DNA of 64,000 bases from Eledone cirrhosa (taxonomy: Eukaryota), in contig OZ024740.1 of assembly GCA_964016885.1 (NCBI GenBank), forward strand, positions 387,066,001-387,130,000, read 5' to 3'. How positions within the stretch are numbered: the first letter of the stretch is position 1; each line of letters opens with the position of its first letter. The notes beneath the pieces are model-generated. The model was given only the letters and a program-made list of their open reading frames with translations. It made no database searches and was not told the origin of the DNA. Position numbers and translations under genes: made by a program. Below are positions 46,425 through 58,702 of this stretch, in pieces.

Positions 46425-46853
46425 TTCATGCCAACCCTTATCTATGGTCCTGAATATTGGGCAATGACCGAAAGAATACGATCGCGAATACAAGCGGCCG
46501 AAATGGGGTTCCTCCGACGGGTCTTTGGAGTAGCGTTACTCGATAAAGTGCGTAACTCGGAGATGAGAGAGTCACTCCAGATAGAACCGCTACTTCTCCG
46601 AATTGAGATATCGCAGCTCCGATACTATAGGCATGGAAAGAATCGCTGGACAGATTTTGTAGCAAAACCAACTGGAAAGAGACCCAGGAGTAGACCCCGA
46701 GCAAGATGGTTGGATAACATCCATGAGCTTGGCTAGTCACGCTTGGGGATTCAACCAGATCAGTTGGAGATGGTTGTTTCTGACAGGACCCGCTGGAAGG
46801 AGTGTTTGAAGACTCTTCCCCCAGGACCCTCTCAGGAATAAGCGGGAGAAAAA

Positions 46854-46888
<35 letters not shown>

Positions 46889-46899
46889 AGAAGAAGAAG

Positions 46900-46929
<30 letters not shown>
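46425..46929 (+). mobile_element. 3' fragment of an RTE (Expander/Rex3-like) LINE with (GAA)n tail
   Basis: PTLIYGPEYWAMTERIRSRIQAAEMGFLRRV...EPLLLRIE..GKRPRSRPRARW; (AAG)n at 46850-46929. Confidence 0.85.
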
Positions 46930-46930
<1 letters not shown>

Positions 46931-46944
46931 TTGTTTCGCAATAC

Positions 46945-47050
46945 ATATGGTTTCAGGTTCCGATTGCGCGGAACTTTGAAGATGTATCTTGGGTTGACCT
47001 ATACTTTGTGAGTGTAACTTGGTTGGGAAAAACTGTGGAAATCCGTCCTG
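46945..47050 (+). mobile_element. Degraded SINE fragment
   Basis: Weak resemblance to octopod tRNA-SINE bodies (..TTGTGAGTG..TTGGT..AAACTG..CCGTC). Confidence 0.35.
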
Positions 47051-47285
47051 TATGATGTACCCCTACCCCCTCTCTGTCTCTTAAGAGAGAAAGAGAGAGG
47101 GAGAGGAGGGGGGGGGGAGTGAGTTAACTCTGTTAAGTCATTCCTCCCCAGGAATTGTTTTTTACGCCACCTACACATTGTTCCTGCTGAACATCAGCCG
47201 TATTAATGCTGTCCCCTTTCTAATTAATAATTTTTAAAAATGAGGGAGGACTTGCAACGTTCTTAGGACGGTAAAGAAGTTTATG

Positions 47286-47965
47286 GATTCGGTATACTTC
47301 TCCTCCCACCCCCACCCTCGAGTTTAGAGATTCGGTATACTTCTCCTCCCACCCCCACCCCCGAGTTTAGAGATTCGGTATACTTCTCCTCCCACCCCCA
47401 CCCTCGAGTTTAGAGATTCGGTATACTTCTCCTCCCACCCCCACCCCCGAGTTTAGAGATCCGGTATACTTCTCCTCCCACCCCCACCCCCGAGTTTAGA
47501 GATTCGGTATACTTCTCCTCCCACCCCCACCCCCGAGTTTAGAGATCCGGTATACTTCTCCTCCCACCCCCACCCCCGAGTTTAGAGATTCGGTATACTT
47601 CTCCTCCCACCCCCACCCCCGAGTTTAGAGATCCGGTATACTTCTCCTCCCACCCCCACCCCCGAGTTTAGAGATTCGGTATACTTCTCCTCCCACCCCC
47701 ACCCCCGAGTTTAGAGATCCGGTATACTTCTCCTCCCACCCCCACCCCCGAGTTTAGAGATTCGGTATACTTCTCCTCCCACCCCACCCCCGAGTTTAGA
47801 GATTCGGTATACTTCTCCTCCCACCCCACCCCCGAGTTTAGAGATTCGGTATACTTCTCCTCCCACCCCACCCCCGAGTTTAGAGATTCGGTATACTTCT
47901 CCTCCCACCCCACCCCCGAGTTTAGAGATTCGGTATACTTCTCCTCCCACCCCACCCCCGAGTTT
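47286..47965. repeat. Minisatellite, 43/42-bp unit, about 16 copies, G-rich on the - strand
   Basis: Unit GATTCGGTATACTTCTCCTCCCACCCCCACCCCCGAGTTTAGA. Confidence 0.95.
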
Positions 47966-48589
47966 GACTGTCAATCGTGGAAAATATTTAAGAGAAATGG
48001 GTTGAACGAGAGAAGAGTGGAAAGAAGGAAGGTAAAGGAAATATTCAGAGAAAATAAGCAACACATCAGAATACGAGTATGAAGAAGAACAGAGAGGAAA
48101 TTAGAGGATTAATAAGACATTGAGAAAAGAAGTGGTGGGAGAAAAGATATTTAAAAAATAGAGAGCCGAGGAAACAAATAAAATTAAACTTAATAGACAA
48201 ATGTATTACACTGCAAAACAGGGGGGGGGGGGGGTTACAAATAGAAAAATAACATTTTAGGTTTGATATGTTTTCCTAAATTTTCTACCTGCAATTATGA
48301 CATTGATATGACAGCAGAGAAGGTCATGTCACTGTCACAAATGGTTTTGACTACTAAAACTAACATTTGATCTATAAAATAAATATATCTCACATTGGAT
48401 ATAAATCTTCTTGTTCAGCTCAATAGTTAGAGCACTTAACAGAAATTTGAGGGATACGGAGTTCGATTCTTCGTAACGTCTTTAGTATTGTACCCGATTT
48501 TCTAAGTTATTATTTATAGCAAACTACTGTGATTACAATTATGGTCTGCGTTTGGGATTCTATGAATTCCAAACGACATTTAGTTTACA

Positions 48590-48744
48590 CTAGTAGAATG
48601 GCCCGGCGTTGCTCGGGATTCTAAACATAGATTGGCATGTTTATCCCTCCTTTCTGAAACAGTTCAAAGAAGTACGGAATACCTCGGCCTCGGGATGGTG
48701 TCTACATTTTGTGCTTACAAAAAAATTCACGAATATATAATTTT

Positions 48745-48826
<82 letters not shown>

Positions 48827-49099
48827 CAGTGATGCAACTGAACTCAATTTATTGTGTGTTACAATTGTTTCCCCGGCGGACAGCTCGAGACGCGATCATT
48901 GTGTGGATCTGTCTGATTCTGGACCCGCATGTTCGACGGACACGGCTAATGATTTCGGAGCATATTCTTCCACTTATTTTAGTGTAAGAATTTTAGTGTA
49001 ACGTTTTTCGAAATATTTACTTCTGCGTTCACAGATTTATTATTTTAATTTCAGAAGATCCCGTTAAGAGTGAAAGTAGCGATTCTTTGCTTAAATGTG

Positions 49100-49133
<34 letters not shown>

Positions 49134-49597
49134 CAGATTAAAGTTTAAGCAAAGAATCGCTACTTTCACCCTTAACGGGATCTTCTGAAATTAAAATAAT
49201 AAATCTGTGAACGCAGAAGTAAATATTTCGAAAAACGTTACACACTATATATATATATACACACACTATATATACATATATACACACACTCACACATATA
49301 GCGTCATAATGTCGTAATGCAGACAGCCAGACATACAGACAGATATTATAAGGGCGCAACTTTATATCTATGTATCTATCTAAAAAGAAAGACTAAGAAT
49401 TATAGAGAGAGATCGCTAATCGCCTATTGCGATCCCTAGGGCATTGAAAATTTGAAATATGTTTTGCTCAAAAGACTCACAGGACCATAAGTATTACATG
49501 TCTAAAGTTTGAAAACAATCGGTTGGGTGGTTCTCGAGTTTTAGGGAGTCAGACAGACAGACAGACAGACAGACATTCTCTGTTTTATATATATAGA
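48590..49597 (-). mobile_element. Non-autonomous Helitron 1
   Basis: Sense 5' TCTATATATATAAAACAGAGAATGT(CTGT)n; 3' hairpin CCCGAGCAACGCCGGG then CCATTCTACTAG|T. Confidence 0.78.
48996..49243. repeat. Fold-back element (100-bp arms around a (TA)n spacer) nested in Helitron 1
   Basis: 48996-49095 is the near-perfect reverse complement of 49144-49243. Confidence 0.9.
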
Positions 49598-51210
49598 CTA
49601 GCAGAAAACCACCCACCGGGTGGTTTTCTACTAGTATATATATATATTACACACACAGAAATGTATATATATTTCTGTGTGTATATATATATATATATAT
49701 TACACACACAGAAATGTATATATATTTCTGTGTGTATATATATATATATATTACACACACAGAAATGTATATATATTTCTGTGTGTATATATATATATTT
49801 CTGTGTGTGTATATATATATATATTACACACACACAGAAATGTATATATATTTCTGTGTGTATATATATATATATTACACACACAGAAATGTATATATAT
49901 TTCTGTGTGTATATATATATATTTCTGTGTGTGTATATATATATATATTACACACACACAGAAATGTATATATGTTTCTGTAGCACTCCTCAATTCCCCC
50001 CTCTCTCCCTCCCGCTATCCCCCTCTTGTAGTCTGTCTCTTTCTTTCACTCTCTATCTACGCGTGCGCAAAAAACATTCGCACGCGCGCACGTGTTTTAG
50101 CGTCTATTCACTCTCTCTCTCTCCCTCTCTCCCTCCCGCTATCCCCCTCTCGTAGTCTTCTCTTTCTTTCACTCTCACTCTCTCTCTACGCGTGCGCAAA
50201 AAACATTCGCACGCGCGCACGTGTTTCCTTATAAGGAGATTACATATACATATGTAACTATGTATATCATCACCATCATATATATATAATATGGGCCGAA
50301 GCCGAAAAAAATTTTGTTTGACAGCTCTAATTGCGCCTTAATTTTATTCAAAAAATTGTATACTAACATATTCGAATACCAGGCACTATTGGAATCAACA
50401 ATAGCAGCGTCCTGAGGGTCATTACAAAACACAAATTCGCGAGAATTAGTGTTTAAGGCTTGGAAGGTGGTAAAAAAATCCACAAAATTTTCCATTCTTT
50501 TTTTTTTTTTATTTATTTTTAATAATATTTAAATAACTGGCGGTTAGAAAAAAATATTCCTATGAAATGTTAATCATACCATTAGGTGTGAATAAGGAAA
50601 TATTTTTTTATTGTCAAAACAAATGTTCAAAAGTTAAACTTCAATTTTTTTAATTATTTCCAATTTTTTCATGAAATTGAACACTGGACATTGGCTGCTG
50701 GAAATGGAAATTAAATCGTATTTAATTGTATTTAAATTTCTAACCTTATTTTATTATTTATATTTTTTCAATAAGAAATAAAAAAAACAACAAAAAAATT
50801 GAAGAAAAAAATTGAACAAATCAAACGTAGGTTATGGAACTGCGCAATCTGATTAATAAATTACCTCAACAGCAGCAACCTTCTTCAAATGGTCCTTATT
50901 ATCAGCAGCAACAACCACAAATTCAATGGCAACCTTCTTCGCATGGTGTCAAGTCAGAACCGCCTCGAACTGGTTACTTCTGGCTTGTGCAAGGTGTCTC
51001 TATAGCAACCAGCGATTCCCTCGGCCTCAGTGACCAAAGTCAGTGGAGAGGGGAAGGTAATGTTTCTGTAGCACATGTTTTAGCGTCTATTCACTCTCTC
51101 TCCCTCCCCCTCTCGTAGTCTGTCTCTTTCTTTCACTCTCACTCTACGCACGTGTTTCCACTGTCGGACAGACAGACAGAGAAATTGCTGGTTATATATA
51201 TATAAGTAGA
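49598..51210 (-). mobile_element. Non-autonomous Helitron 2, joined head-to-tail to Helitron 1
   Basis: Sense 5' A|TCTACTTATATATATATAACCAGCAATTTCT(CTGT)n at 51210; 3' palindrome ending in CTAG at 49598; internal duplications (49975-50230 vs 51061-51160). Confidence 0.68.
49645..49982. repeat. Minisatellite of hairpin units (ACACACAGAAAT-GTATATAT-ATTTCTGTGTGT), about 6 copies
   Basis: Each unit is self-complementary and separated by short TA runs. Confidence 0.85.
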
Positions 51211-51292
51211 TAAATATTCTCTTTTATAGCAAAGCCCCGAAATAACGGCATTCTGAACAATAAAAATATTTGTGGAAAACCCCAATCAAAAT

Positions 51293-51383
51293 TTCTTCTT
51301 CTTCTTCTTCTTCTTCTTCTTCTTCTTCCTGAAGTGGTCATGGGGGAAGGGTCCTCAAACACTTCTTCCAGCGGGTCCTGTCA
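51293..51383 (-). mobile_element. Extreme 3' end of the same RTE family as 46425-46929
   Basis: (TTC)n plus TCAAACACTTCTTCCAGCGGGTCCTGTCA, the reverse complement of about 46781-46810. Confidence 0.75.
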
Positions 51384-51577
51384 ACATAAACAGAAGGAAG
51401 AGAGAAAACAAAGAAAAGAGGTATTTTTGCCCATCGCTGACTTTGACAGCATTTAGCTGTTTTAACTGTTATCCTAGTGATCAGATTTCTCACTTTTATA
51501 TGTATTCAAATACACTTTCGCTTCGTCTCCATCAAAGACAACATTGTTGTTTTTTCATTTAAGTTTATCATAGCTCT

Positions 51578-51695
51578 GATCGAGCCGGTGGGGCTGGATC
51601 GAGGGGACAGCAAAAGGCCAGACGGTATTACCATCTTCCCGTTCCGCGGTGGCAAACCCCTCATCTAGGATGCCACTTGCAGCAACACTTTCGTC
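51578..51695 (+). pseudogene. Restriction-like endonuclease fragment of a CRE-type non-LTR retrotransposon
   Basis: [36 protein letters not shown] (RPDG...WD motif, Trp mutated to stop). Confidence 0.65.
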
Positions 51696-52649
51696 AACAC
51701 GTGGGACCCCATTTCCTCACTACACAGAGAGATGGGGGCGATGACGGTGGGAGTTCGGCTCTCCGTGTTCGGACATATTGCACTAGTCAAGACTGTATTT
51801 TCATACTTATGCATTTCAATATAACCAATGTATTAGTATAGCTCTGATTAGCTTTCTATTTAGGACAACACCACAGCTTGAGGTCAACTATCCCATTATT
51901 TTCTATTCTTTGTATTCTTTCGTTCTTCTAGCTGTGCTGTTTATTTTATCACACACACCTCATATCAGCAGAAATCTTCGTTATGCGATAAAGATAACAT
52001 GTACTTAAATTGTAACACATATCCAAATAGATATGTGTTTTGGTAGTAATTCCTTCATAGCTGCGGGGTGGGTGCTGAGCTGGCTTGAAGAACAAAGGGG
52101 AGGAAGTAAGAGGACAGCCCGACCCGTGGGTGCCAAGCCAGTCAGGCGTTAAGAGAGAAATCTTTACAACTATCTTTCATTTATAGAGACGGTAACCTAG
52201 AATTCAAAGAGGTGAAGATATAATTTCACATGTAAGAATCAAGGAAGATAGTTTGAGAGTGTAAGTAAGTATGCCAAATCTAACACTTAGCAAAGTTCTA
52301 ATAGTGCTGGATCTAGCTGTCGAAACGACCGGAGTTCAGCCGCCGAGGTCCTGACTCTTTTTGTATTACCCACTCTACTATCTTAAGTATCGAGTACTCT
52401 GGTGTGTTATGGGCCACCTAGTATCTTACCGCACCTTATATATATATATATATTCATTTATTATGGCTATTGGTGAGCTTTGTTACTCTAAAGTTTCACC
52501 TGCGCACTCACAGGATCGACAGTCTTGTCTAATGATCCTCTGAGTACGTAGGTGAGATTCCAGAGTTACAAGGCTTAGCCATAATAAAGGAATATTTAAA
52601 CTCTACTTCAGTATTGAGTTTTCATTCCTACGTCCGTCAATAATTCACG

Positions 52650-52988
52650 TACTCAGGTTTCGAATAATCGTCCCCACCCCCTCGCTTATTAATTTGTCAG
52701 ATCCCCCACCCCTGTTTTTATTCCACCCCCAAACGCTTATCAAATTTTGCTAATCTATCTCCGGTGAAATGTTATTGTAAGTGATTCATATTGATACAGC
52801 AGCTGTAGAATCTAATAATTATTTTATTTTACATAAAAAAACATTATATATGACAATAGAAGAACATTACAAGAAATCCCATATTTACGAACGTACACTA
52901 TACAATTATTGATTTCCCAAGGTCCAAAACTCCCTTCTCCACCACCACCATTATTGCCACCCCTCCTGTTATTTGGGACCCGAGAGTG
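52650..52988. mobile_element. pogo/Tc-mariner-like MITE relic
   Basis: TACTCAGGTTTCGAATAA ... TTATTTGGGACCCGAGAGT imperfect TIRs. Confidence 0.4.
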
Positions 52989-54386
52989 CCACCAAACTCT
53001 CCTCCTCTCTATGTCTATCACAGAAAACTCTCTTTTAATCCCTCTCTCTCTATCTACTGAAACCAAACTCTACCCCTCTCTATATCTACCACGACACCAC
53101 CTCTCTTATCCCACTCTCTATATCTAAGACTAATACATTCTCTCACTCTCTATAAATATCTACACTTATCTCTCTCAATCACCCCACCCCCCGTATATCA
53201 ATCACCCCTAAACTCTAACCATCTGTATATCTACTACACGACACTCCCATTATCCCTCTCTGTGTATCTATAACCACTAAATTCTCCCCCTCTCTATCTC
53301 TAATATACAACACACTCTCTCAACCCTCCTCTCTATATCAATTACCACCAAACTCTCCCCCCTCTCTATATCAATTACCACCAAACTCTCCCCCCTCTCT
53401 ATATCTAATATACAACACACTCTCCCAACCTTCCTCTCTATATTAATTACCACCAAACTCTCCCCCTCTCTATATCTATATCTCCCATCTATCTCTACAT
53501 AACATGTACATAAATTGTAGCGCATATTCAAATATATGTGTGTTCTGGTAGTTTGGGGAGAAAAATATAATGGGGGGGGGGGGGGGGGGGGCATGCCCCC
53601 TTCCTCCGCAGTTCCACCGCTCCTGCATATATATATATATATATATACTTAAACTTAGTGGCTTTGTCTCTGTTTTTTAACCTAAATATATTCATTGTTC
53701 TCTGCAAAATATTAGATATGTGATTTCCTATAATATTAGTAATGTGCAACCGTTCTGAGGTCTTGGGTTTTTAGCTTTAATTCTCTCATGGAGCACACGT
53801 GTCTGAAACAGCAGAAGGTAACAAATTAAATGGTTCTTCATTCGTACTTATTTTTTTAAAAAAATACTAGAATAATGAAAGTCAGCCTGGCGGGTTCTGA
53901 AAAACACCCAACAAACAAACAAAAACAGAAACGTGTGTAACTAAACAGAAGACACCAATTTGTTAGATGTTCTAGCGATTCATTAATCTATTGCTCTTTG
54001 ATTTAGAAATTGTATTTAAGCTACTTTTTTTTAAAAATGTCTTTTAAGTTATTATTAAAGTCAAATTTAATCTCAGGTTAATCTTTTTCTGAATCAAGAA
54101 GTACAAAACTAACACAAAGAATTATTATTTATTGCATTAAGGTACATGATGTTTTCCTTGTAAGGAAGGAATATATAGTCGATTGATTGCATTTATAGTT
54201 TCTACATTGGTACAGTGCCATATATTGATATGGGAAGAACATAATCGATAAGAGTATTTGGAAAGCAGCATCTGCACTCACCCGCCTTATCAAACTATAG
54301 TAGGAAACCATCAAATTAACAGATGAGGCCAAGATGGTGGTTGTTTATAACGTCTATATTGTCAGTATACTACTGTAGTGATGTAA

Positions 54387-54549
54387 CAGGCTTGCTAACC
54401 TTTAAAAACCCAAACGGAGAGTACCATGTAAAAAAGTGCCCCCCAAATGGGGAGAAATGAGGTAAAACGGGGAGATTTTGCATAATGAAAGTTATACTTA
54501 TTATCACAATATCACAAAAACGGGGAGACGGGGAGAGTTGACAGGTCTG
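54387..54549 (+). mobile_element. hAT-like MITE, with a second copy inverted at 61849-62044
   Basis: CAGGCTTGCTAAC ... GTTGACAGGTCTG, with GGGGAGA subterminal repeats. Confidence 0.6.
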
Positions 54550-54559
54550 CTGTAAGGTA

Positions 54560-54950
54560 GCAAAACTTGCACAGTCTTTCTTAGACAGGAATGAAGACCT
54601 AACTCCTTCAATCTCAAAAGTCTCCATAGGATCTTGGGCATATCCTAGCATGATAAAGTGACCAATCAACACTAAGATTAGACCCGCGCCGGCTTCCCCA
54701 GTGTGAACACGCTGCTCAGACAGCGCTGACATGGGACAGATATACCGCATGGAAGATGGCTGCATCATCAAAGACATTTTCTATCGAGAGCTGGCTAATG
54801 AAAAGAGTACAATAGGCTGTCCTTATCTACATAACATGTGTTTGCATGAGACAAATGAATTGGTGAAGGCACTTTGCACCAGCACCTCAAGAAATGGTAG
54901 CAGAAACTGATGGAGGTGGTAGGAAACAAGACCCACTGAAAAAAATACTG
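54560..54950 (+). pseudogene. Degraded RTE-BovB-like 3' fragment
   Basis: GQIYRMEDGCIIKDIFYRELANEK resembles [23 protein letters not shown] in the RTE at 11833. Confidence 0.6.
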
Positions 54951-55071
54951 CAACACAAAGCTGAAACTACATACTCACACATATATATGTCTTATAAGAG
55001 ATTAAAATTATTTGGCATTTTTCTAGATTTCCTTTCGTTGGTATAGCATATCATTAAAATAACAGTCACAC

Positions 55072-55237
55072 CAGTGTCGGATTTAGGACAAATGAGGCCC
55101 TGTGCTAGTTCAGTTATGAGGCCCCAAACATTTGAAAAATACATCATAAGAATTTTTTTGGCGGGAAGATGGACCCCACCTGGCCAACGTGGTCCTGTGC
55201 TTGAGCACACCTAAGCACAATGGTAAACCCGGCACTG
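55072..55237 (-). mobile_element. hAT MITE with perfect 8-bp TSD
   Basis: AGTCACAC|CAGTGTCGGATTTA ... TAAACCCGGCACTG|AGTCACAC. Confidence 0.85.
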
Positions 55238-55432
55238 AGTCACACATCCACATAATACTTAATACTCTCTGCTATAGAGACTTCCATTCTCGCAAGAAAC
55301 GTTGCCCCAGAGTAGTAGATTAATGGGATGCAAGAATCCTGTTCAATCCTGACCGACGAAGGCTTTAATAAGTCGATTCAACCGACTGCCCGAGCTACCA
55401 CTTAATTACTGTTTATTATATTTGGTAAAAAC

Positions 55433-55618
55433 GGGCGGTGGATTGGCAGTATCGGTAGAGGGTCGGACGCCATGCTTTCCAGCATAGTTACGTCCCTTTA
55501 CGATCTGAGTTCAAATCCCGCCGAGGTTGACTTTGCCTTTCATCCTTACGGGATCGATAAAATAAAGTACCAGTAATGCACTGGGTAATTGCTGGCCTTG
55601 TGCCTAAAGTAGAAACAA
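55433..55618 (+). mobile_element. Family A SINE with long TSD
   Basis: GGGCGGTGGATTGGCAGTATCGGTAG, GAGTTCAAATCCC, core; TTATATTTGGTAAAAAC duplicated on both flanks. Confidence 0.88.
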
Positions 55619-55987
55619 TTATATTTGGTAAAAACTAAAATCAACCGAGATGTTAATGGATTTGTGGTCACCATGAAAAACAGAGCCAGTTGATGTGGAT
55701 TTACATGGTTGTTGGACCAGCTGGAAATAGTAACCAAATCTTACTCAAATCACATCTTAAAAGAAAGAAAGCTCACGTTGAACCATGAAATCCTTGATAT
55801 ACAAAAAGGAGTGATTATTGTAACTAGAACGAATTCGTCCATAATTCTACTCAATCAGACTGACCTGGAACTAAGCAATAACACATAACATTTGTATTGG
55901 GTTTGGGGTCTTCTAGCTGTATGTTGTTCGTTAATAGGAAGGTGAAATCTTGTCAAAATGTTACTTTGATGTGTAGTGACTGACTTT

Positions 55988-56560
55988 GTGGTGTTGACGA
56001 GACCAAGTTATGCCTTCAATTCGAGATGTTCTTCAGGTCTCTCTTTATAGAAGTAGGGCGCAGACCTTTTAGGTTGCCTAGGAGTGTCGTCTGTATACGA
56101 AAATTAAATTCACACAGAATGCCAGGCTTCGCTCCGCCGCTTTTTCTTTTAGCTGGGCAGGGCAGGCAGTTATTATATACTTGATAGCAATGGCGTAAGA
56201 AATTGTGTGATGGGTGCATTTGAAGGGGTTCAAGACAGGCACTTTGCTCTTCGGTGAGGCCCTGATTAACTTTTTCAAGTTTCATTTGAAGCGGAATATC
56301 AAGGAAGAGAGGGAAGTGCTGCCTTCAAACCAGTTTGTTGAAAGGTGGATGAGAGTGACGAGCATGGTCCGAGGGGACGAGCCTGCTCTGAGAATACGTC
56401 TGTAGATTGAAAGAGAACAGCTGGGAGGGCACACTTGCTCTGGCGGTCAAGGTGACCGTGGCATTTGTGAGTGAGTGTGTGTGGGGGCGAGGGGCACTTT
56501 CTTCAAGAGTAACCCTCGGATGTTTCCTTCCTATTGGTGAATTTCCTTTGTTTGAATTAT
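55988..56560 (+). pseudogene. 3' fragment of an L1/Tx1-type LINE
   Basis: Degenerate CGVDET knuckle followed by LINFFKFHLKRNIKEEREVLPSNQFVERW, typical of L1/Tx1 ORF2 C-termini. Confidence 0.55.
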
Positions 56561-56695
56561 TTTTGTATGTGTTAACTGTTATCACTCTTTTACACGAAAC
56601 ACACACGCGCGCGCGCGCGCACACGTTACACCATTTTTAATATTTTCTTCGTGTCTTCTGTGTGACTAATAAAGAAATCATCATCATCATCATCA

Positions 56696-57000
56696 CAATA
56701 ATAATAATAATAATAATAATAATAATTGTTTCTACTTTTGGCACAAGGCCAGCAATTACCCAGTGTATTACTGGTACTTTATTTTATCGACCCCGTAAGG
56801 ATGAAAGGCAAAGTCAACCTCGGCGGGATTTGAACTTAGAATGGCAAGGGCCGTAACTCTATGCGTCAAAGCATGGCGTCCGACCCTCTACCGATACTGC
56901 CAATCCACCGCCCTTAATAATAATAATAGTAATAATAATAATAATAGTTTCTACTTTTGGCACAAGGCCAGCAATTACTCAGTGCATTACTGGTATTTTA
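56696..57000 (-). mobile_element. Family A SINE with (TTA)n tail, plus a second 3' fragment
   Basis: Reverse complement nearly matches 55433-55618. Confidence 0.85.
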
Positions 57001-57556
57001 TTAATAATAATAATTTTTTTTTTAAGCTAAAAAGGTTTTTCAGACTGAAAAGGTTCTCCATCCCCGACATAGAGAGACCGTTAAGATTTTAGGCTCATTT
57101 TCTGAGGCGAAATAGAAACTGCGGTGGGGGTGTACTACATACATGTAAACGAAAGAGGCGGTCATATGTCGGTGATGGTTTTTAGCACTTGTTAAATTCG
57201 GTCGAGATAACACTTTTTTTTATAGTTTTGAAAATCCGTGTTTATTTTGTTTATGTTTTTATCATTTTCATTTTGAAGACAGAACATCGTAGCATTTATG
57301 ATATCATCACCTTTTTTTTTTCTGTAATATCATGAAAAGCCATTGTCGCTTGTCAGCTATATTGCATACCCTGCACATGCAGGCAAGCAAGGAATGTCAG
57401 ATTTCGCGAACCACTTAAATAATGAGCCAAGAAGATAGCTTCTACGCGATCATATGACCTGCTAAAAACAACAACCAAATCTTCCTCGAATCATATCTAA
57501 ACAAGAAACAACATTTTTGAAACGTTATGTTCCTCTCACTGTGTGTGTTTGTATAC

Positions 57557-57688
<132 letters not shown>

Positions 57689-57690
<2 letters not shown>

Positions 57691-57816
57691 AAGGCACGTG
57701 GCTTAGTGGTTAAAGTGTTGGGCTCACACTCATAAGATTATAGCTTCGATTCCCTGATTGGGCGGCACGCTGTGTCTTTGAGCAACGCACTTTATTTCCT
57801 GTTGCTGCTGATCACT
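57689..57816 (+). mobile_element. Family B SINE, 5' part
   Basis: GAAGGCACGTGGCTTAGTGGTTAAAG, TTCGATTCC, GTGTCTTTGAGCAACGCACTT. Confidence 0.75.
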
Positions 57817-58239
57817 TAACTGGAAAACTTAATTATGACTTTACTGGTGCCATGTTGTATCAGCCTTTGCTTTTTCTTTGGACAATATTGGTGGCAAGGA
57901 GAGGGGGAGACAGACATGTGTGGGGTAACAGGGGATTTTTTACAAAAATACCTTGCTCGGGTTGTTGCTTCGGATAGGCACACTCTAGGTGCAAATTCAT
58001 GGTCTGTGATGACTGAAGGGAGCCTTCTATTCGTATATAGAAGAGGATGAGAGGATGACAAGAAGAAAATTGGACCAATTAATAAAGCTGAAAAATCAAA
58101 GTTGTTTCTGCTGTCATTACTACTGTTGAAAAAAGATTCTATTAAGTTCTTCGGTGGGGATTTCAATTCGAATATTCAAATATTTGTTCAGGTATTACTA
58201 GCAAAACAGCCTATGTTGCCCAGAAACAGACACCTTATT

Positions 58240-58590
58240 GTCAACACCTGCCGCAGGAAAATTCGAATTCATTGACTAGACACAATTAATAACCAGAAAT
58301 TGTGGCAGCGATCTAATCCACGATGGAATTATCCAAAAGTGATGGAAATGAATTGATAAATCTCTTTGAAAGCTTGCATCTAGTACCACAAGGCAAGCCC
58401 TGACATGGAACCCGCAGGGGAAAAGGAAAATAGAAAGGTCTAGGAATATCTGGTATCATAATCTGGAGGTATAAGCGAAGAGGTTGGGATATTCCTGAGG
58501 TCAGCTGGAGCGACTAGCTTATAACCATGATGGCTGGAGAAAACTTGTTGGCGGCCTATGCTCCTGAGCGGGCCTAATGCGAGGAACATT
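58240..58590 (+). pseudogene. Degraded RTE 3' fragment
   Basis: ASSTTRQALTWNPQGKRK and ..DGWRKLVGGLCS motifs. Confidence 0.65.
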
Positions 58591-58661
58591 AAAAAAAGCA
58601 ACTAAATATTATCCAATGTTTAATATTGTTTATTTCTTTATTTTAACAAATCCCGTGATAA

Positions 58662-58702
58662 CTACGGACATGTTTTAGTATTATTAGGACCTCATCAGCG
58701 AG
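58662..58702 (-). ncRNA. Decayed Penelope-type hammerhead ribozyme
   Basis: CTCG-CTGATGA-GGTCCTAATAATAC-TAAAA-CATG-TC-CGTAG; the GAAA box is mutated. Confidence 0.5.

Noticed and set aside
47286-47965. CRISPR array or repeat protein (GWEEKYTESLNSGV)
   Set aside because: No spacers; most units are 43 bp, which breaks the frame.
52290-52340. Hammerhead-like CTAATAG..GCTGGATCTAGC..GAAAC
   Set aside because: The core box is too degenerate to call; possibly a Penelope relic.
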